Origin: Octopus vulgaris
Lineage: Eukaryota
Direction of reading: 5' to 3'
DNA: 64,000 bases
NCBI GenBank assembly: GCA_951406725.2
Contig: OX597815.1
Span: 73,160,001 to 73,224,000, forward strand
Positions 58,721 to 64,000 of the stretch are shown in pieces. Both the position numbers and the translations under genes were made by a program. The notes beneath the pieces are model-generated. The model worked only from the letters and a program-made list of their open reading frames with translations. It did no database searches and was not told where the DNA came from. Numbering within the stretch: the first letter of the stretch is position 1; each line of letters starts with the position of its first letter.

Positions 58721-59010
58721 CCCGTGATAATCGAGGAATAATGTACTAAACTTTACACCCAAATTTCGTGATAATCGAGGAACGATGTAGTTATACTTTA
58801 CACCAAACTCCCATGATAATCGAAGAACGATGTCATATACTTTACAACAAACCCCCATGATAACTGAGGAATAATATATAGTAAACTTTACATCAAAGCC
58901 CCGCAATATCCAAGGAACCATTTAGTATAGTTTACACCAAACGTGATAATCGAGCGCCAAACCCCCGTGATAATCGAGGTACGCTGTAGTATACTTTACA
59001 ACAAAACTAA
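58721..59010. repeat. Minisatellite, ~44-bp unit, about 7 diverged copies
   Basis: Unit is approximately 'cccgtgataatcgaggaacgatgtagtatactttacaccaaac'. Confidence 0.85.
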
Positions 59011-61347
59011 CGCAATAGTTGGAGTTGAACCCAGATTTGAACTATAAGCTAACAAACCCACTTGTCAATAAAACACAGTCACCAGCACTTTCTTAAGAGT
59101 GAAATGTAAGAAAGTACTGGTACAGTTAGTATTATCATGTAGTGAGACATAGGGCAATATCGATGAGAGAATCCGATCTTATGATCCATTAAACCACAGG
59201 TCAACAATACTGTATATCTAATGAATATCAGTGTACAACAGAGGTGGCTCTTATAAAGCAAATAATAAGAAGCCCCAGACAGCTGATTAATAATAAAGGT
59301 CACTATATTTTTAAAACTCTTTAGTCCCGCCTCTAATATTGGCTGTGAAAATTAAGGGCCTCGGGTCCTAGATCATAAAGTCATAAAATCTAGGTTCACC
59401 TCTTCTATAAAGCGGTCATAATGTATAATAAGTATATATCTTTCTATATTTGGTTACGCGCGCGCGTGCGAGCGAGTGTGTGTGTGTGTGTGTGAAAGCA
59501 TTTTACACGCTGTCATACAAATCAAAAGAAGTTAAATGGATGATGAAGTTCACGCGCGCGCTCAAAGACACACACACACATACCATTACACGCAAACGCC
59601 TAAATTTACGCATACAATACACACGCACACACAAACATGTATGTTCGCATACACATATATACATATACATATTTACATATGTGCATTATATTGTGTGTGT
59701 ACGCATAGATATATATGCATATATACATACATATATATGTGCACGTACATACACACTTACACACACACACACACACATACACAAACACACACAACTCCTT
59801 TTATATATATAATAGCGTTTGACGACAAGATGAAATGATCATCTGTGTTTATGATTCATAGAAACAGCCATTTTTCTCACTCACCTACCCCATCTCTGCT
59901 CCTTATCCCCTCTCTCATTTACAATTAAGCCCTTCTCACCCCAAAGTAGGCCTAGATCAGTCCGTCTGCTAAACTCCATCACGCTCTAACTCTTACTCCA
60001 GCCATTTCCAAGTGGCTATTTTTGTGTTTTGATCAAAGGCGATAAGACGGCAACATTAAAATGAAACATAAACGGCGAAAGGGCAGTTATAAAAGTTTTA
60101 TATTAGAAAGCAGTGTGTGTCTGTGTGTGTGTGTGGTCTGTGTATGTGTGTGTATTTATGGGTGACTGTGTGTGTTTGTGTGTGTGTGCGTATGTGATTG
60201 TGTACGTCTGTATGTGTTTGTGTTGTGTGTTGCTGGAATGAAGTGGTGAAGCGGCAAGCGTGAAGGCATAGATTTGTATTTATATGTTTATGCGTGTTTG
60301 CATGCATGTGTATGTGTGTAAGTGTATTCCGTGTAGGTGTGCATATGAGTAAGAGAGAGAGAGAGAGATGGGGGAGGGGGAGAGAGGGAGAGAGAGAGAG
60401 AATAAGGAAGAGAGAAAAGAAGAAAAAAGTGAAATAAAGATATGTAGGAGAGAACAGATACGAGAAAGATGAGAGAGAAGATAAAGCGAGACAGACTCAA
60501 AGAAGGAAGAGGAATTAAAGATTCGTATACAAAATGAGTGAGGGGAGAGAGAGAGTGGGGAGAGAGAGAGAGAGAAATAGAAAGACAGACAGGCAGAAGG
60601 GCTGTGTGTGTAAATGAGAAAGAGAAAGGAAAAAGTGTGTATGTATAAATGAGAGAAAGATAGAGGGTGAGTTTAAAAAGAGTAAAGGTTAAATGCAGAG
60701 AATATGGGGAAAGAGGGAAACAGCAGATCGTAATAGGAGAAACTTCATAAAGAGAGAGAGGTTATGAGAAGGGAGATAAATAAGATTGAACAGATGGAAT
60801 TTGTGAAGGAGAGAGTGGGAGGGAGCGATGCTAGGGAGTTGAATGAGGGGTAACTTGAAAGGAAGGGTGGAGAAGGAGGAGAGAGAGAGAGAGAGAAAAA
60901 GGAGGGAATATAATTTGAGAAGAGGGATAAACATCAAATGTGATTTATAAGAAATTATAGCTGGCTTTTAATTAATTGAAAATCTTTGTATGTTCGTTTC
61001 TACATGCGTACACATCTATATATATATATCTGTTTGTTTGTGTGTGTTTGCAAGTGTTTGTACGTATGCTATGTATGTGTGTATGTGTATACTAGGTCTG
61101 TCTGTGTTTGTATACGTGTATCTGTGTGTGTTTACGTATACTTTTATGTAAACGTGGTTCTGTTTCTGTTTGCATGTGTACGTATGCGCGTACGTGCGCG
61201 CGTGTGTGTAGGGAGGGAAATGTGAGGTGGGGGAGGTTGTACATTCAATAGCAGGAATTAGCCAAATGGTGAGTGGGAATGCACATAGCTGGTGTTAACA
61301 GGCAGGGTTCGAATCATAATCGTAACCATTTAGCTAAAATATGTCAT

Positions 61348-61918
61348 GGCGGACGTCAGCAATAGGTAGCACACATAAGTTGGAATTTTTCCGTTTGACA
61401 GGGATTTTTCAGATCTTTTTTCTCACGGTGTCCTTTGGAAATGATGGGGAGTATATTTTTAGCAAAGGACAAAAATTTCGAATAATCATGGGATTTTTTA
61501 TAATTCCCACCACCACCACCACATGCCCCACTTCCTACGCCCCCGCCGGACCGATTTTGGTCGATTTTATGGGCACTACGCACGAACATTTTTTTTCTAC
61601 CCCCACCACTCATTTGAACCGATTTTGGTCGATTTTGTGGGCACTACGCCCTCAAAAACAATGGGAGAAACGTTTACGTTAAAAAGTTTTTCAAAAAATG
61701 ATTCCGACCCACTCCGACCAATTTCATGTCAATTTTGTAGCCACTACGCACGATGATTTCTTTTCTTAAACAAAAATAATTTTTCCAAGTTTTTTTGTCC
61801 TTTGCTAAGGAAAATGCTCCCTCATCATTTCCAAGAACACCGTGAAAAAAAAAACCCCGAAAAATTCCCGTCATAATGGAGAAATTCCGATTTGTGCTAC
61901 CTATTGCTGACGTCCGCC
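61348..61918. mobile_element. Non-autonomous DNA transposon (MITE) with ~140-bp TIRs
   Basis: ggcggacgtcagcaataggtagcaca... and ...tgtgctacctattgctgacgtccgcc. Three internal 'accgattttggtcgatttt.tgggcactacgc'-like repeats. Confidence 0.8.
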
Positions 61919-62262
61919 GGTTTAATATCCCTAAGAAATCCATGAACACCTCACAATCTCGCTTACCCTTATCATCCCTTATAAATCTGAAACGTTGTAT
62001 CCTTGTAAAATTTTTATCATAAAAATTTAGACTCGAAATTTACCGTCATGGCACACTAACCTCGGTGTTGATTGACAGCTAAAAGAACCGATAAATGTTG
62101 AACCAACTACCGTTAAGTATCCAGATAGTGAACACAACGTAGAACAGGTCCTGCAATTTCTCGAAAGATGAATAAATTGTTTTTTATAGCCAACACGGCC
62201 AGTACCAATGACCAAGACACCAAATATTCACTGATTCAGTCCAATTATTCGTAAATACAGAC

Positions 62263-62887
62263 CAGTGTTTCTCAACCATATTTTGTCTATGGACCCCTTT
62301 GATTCCTATTTTTATCAGGTGGACCCTTATAGCCAATCGATGTTTTAAAAATATTTTTATAATTAAATATTATTAGGAATTGTGTGAAAAATCTTTTTTA
62401 ATGTTTTGTGCATTCTATAAGTATAAAACAACGTTAAGCGCATGCGTGGCTGTGTGGTAAGAAGCTTGCTTACCAACCACATGATTCTGGGTTCAGACCC
62501 ACTGCGTGGCACCTTCTACTATAGACCCTGGCCTACCAAAACCTCGTGAGTGGATTTGGTAGGCGGAAACTGAAAGAAGCCCGTTGTATATGTATATATT
62601 TATGTGTGTCTTTGTGTCTGCGTTTGTCCTCCCCCCATTACTAAACAACCGATGTTGGTGTGTTTATAAACCCGTAACTGATAGAATAAGTACTAGGCTT
62701 TCAACGAATAAGTCTTGGGGTCAATTTCTTCGAATAAAAAATCCCATTTAAGGCGGTGTTCCAGCAAAGCCGAAGTCAAATGACTGAAACAAGTAAAAGA
62801 ATAAAAGAATGAACTGCAGATAAACTTCAGCAACAAAATCTTATATGGGCACTCAAGGGCTAAACGGACCCCGGTCGAGAACCACTG
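62263..62887. mobile_element. hAT (Charlie/Buster-type) MITE with an inserted SINE A (62440-62810)
   Basis: TIRs cagtgtttctcaacc and ggtcgagaaccactg. Flanks atacagac and atatatac resemble a decayed 8-bp TSD. Confidence 0.8.
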
Positions 62888-63071
62888 ATATATACAAATA
62901 CAGTTATATCAAATATTATAGCACATAAATGCTTGATTAAGAATTTATGCCTAAAGATAAGCAGACAGTCGTGCAGGTGTGGCACTGTGGGTAAGTGTCT
63001 TTTAATTATGGCCTCGGGCCGACCAAAGCCTAGTGAGTGGATTTGGTAAACGGAAACTGAAAAAAGCTCAT

Positions 63072-63166
<95 letters not shown>

Positions 63167-63244
63167 TAATAATAATAGAGAATATTATTCCAAACTTACA
63201 GGGAAAATTTCAATTTAGAAATACTAAATCAAATTTCACAAAAT

Positions 63245-63389
<145 letters not shown>

Positions 63390-64000
63390 CATATATATTA
63401 AAATTAGAAAAAAACACCTTTTATCAATTCACCAATAAAAAAATTACATCCTATAGAAAAAATTAAATATAAGATAAAACATATACCAATGATTAAGTAA
63501 TGTGCAAAATAATAAATAAAACGTATATATTTGGCAATATGACTACACGTGTTTCGTGGCTATATTTAAGAAATGAATACAGTAAAATCAATTCAATTTA
63601 AATATATAATTGTCATCGATAAATTAAGTAACGTTTTCTATTTAACAGTATTATTTAATATTTGAATTTTATTGTGTTTGATTATCATTATTATTGTTAA
63701 AATATTAATTTATATATAATTTCTCGATAATAATTAGTTACGATACGTATATCTATTTAATTTATGTTTATTATTATATATAGTTTTGTAAGAGAATATA
63801 ATATTTAATATTTAGGAAGTCTATTTGTTACGTAGTATTACAATTAAGTAAATAAGTTTAATATTAATTGATATTTTGATCAACTCTAAGTGAGTGAAAT
63901 ATTAAATCTATATATACTATATATAAATTAATAATATAGTAAGTTTATATAATAGGTGTGTATATTTTCTATTTTTAATTCTAATATTTATAGCTTGTAC

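Noticed and set aside
58721-59010. CRISPR-like periodicity
   Set aside because: Whole units are homologous with no unique spacers, no cas genes, and the context is eukaryotic.

Overview
AT-rich, gene-poor, repeat-saturated animal genomic DNA. The SINE families and the extreme (TA)n/(CA)n/(TATC)n/(TAA)n load point to an octopod cephalopod; this is inferred from memory of these families, not verified. I see no convincing host protein-coding gene, and almost all ORF-track entries are translations of microsatellites. Recognisable content: about 25 tRNA-derived SINE copies of four families, a full-length but broken Tc1 (DD34E) with 27-bp TIRs, a decayed hAT (Buster/Charlie-type) element plus MITEs, a Helitron 3' end, RTE LINEs, (TAA)n-embedded R4/Dong-like LINEs, and two Penelope-like (PLE) ORF remnants (Neptune-type GIY-YIG and Naiad-type RT). 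The standout signal is non-coding. Many short sequences sitting in (TA)n tracts are fold-back or inverted-repeat elements carrying hammerhead-ribozyme cores (CUGANGA...GAAAC-palindrome-GUH): about ten full or near-full cores from roughly seven unrelated sequence families. There is also a 543-bp near-perfect palindrome and a degenerate HDV-like ribozyme candidate at an RTE 5' end. All folds were paired by eye, none computed.
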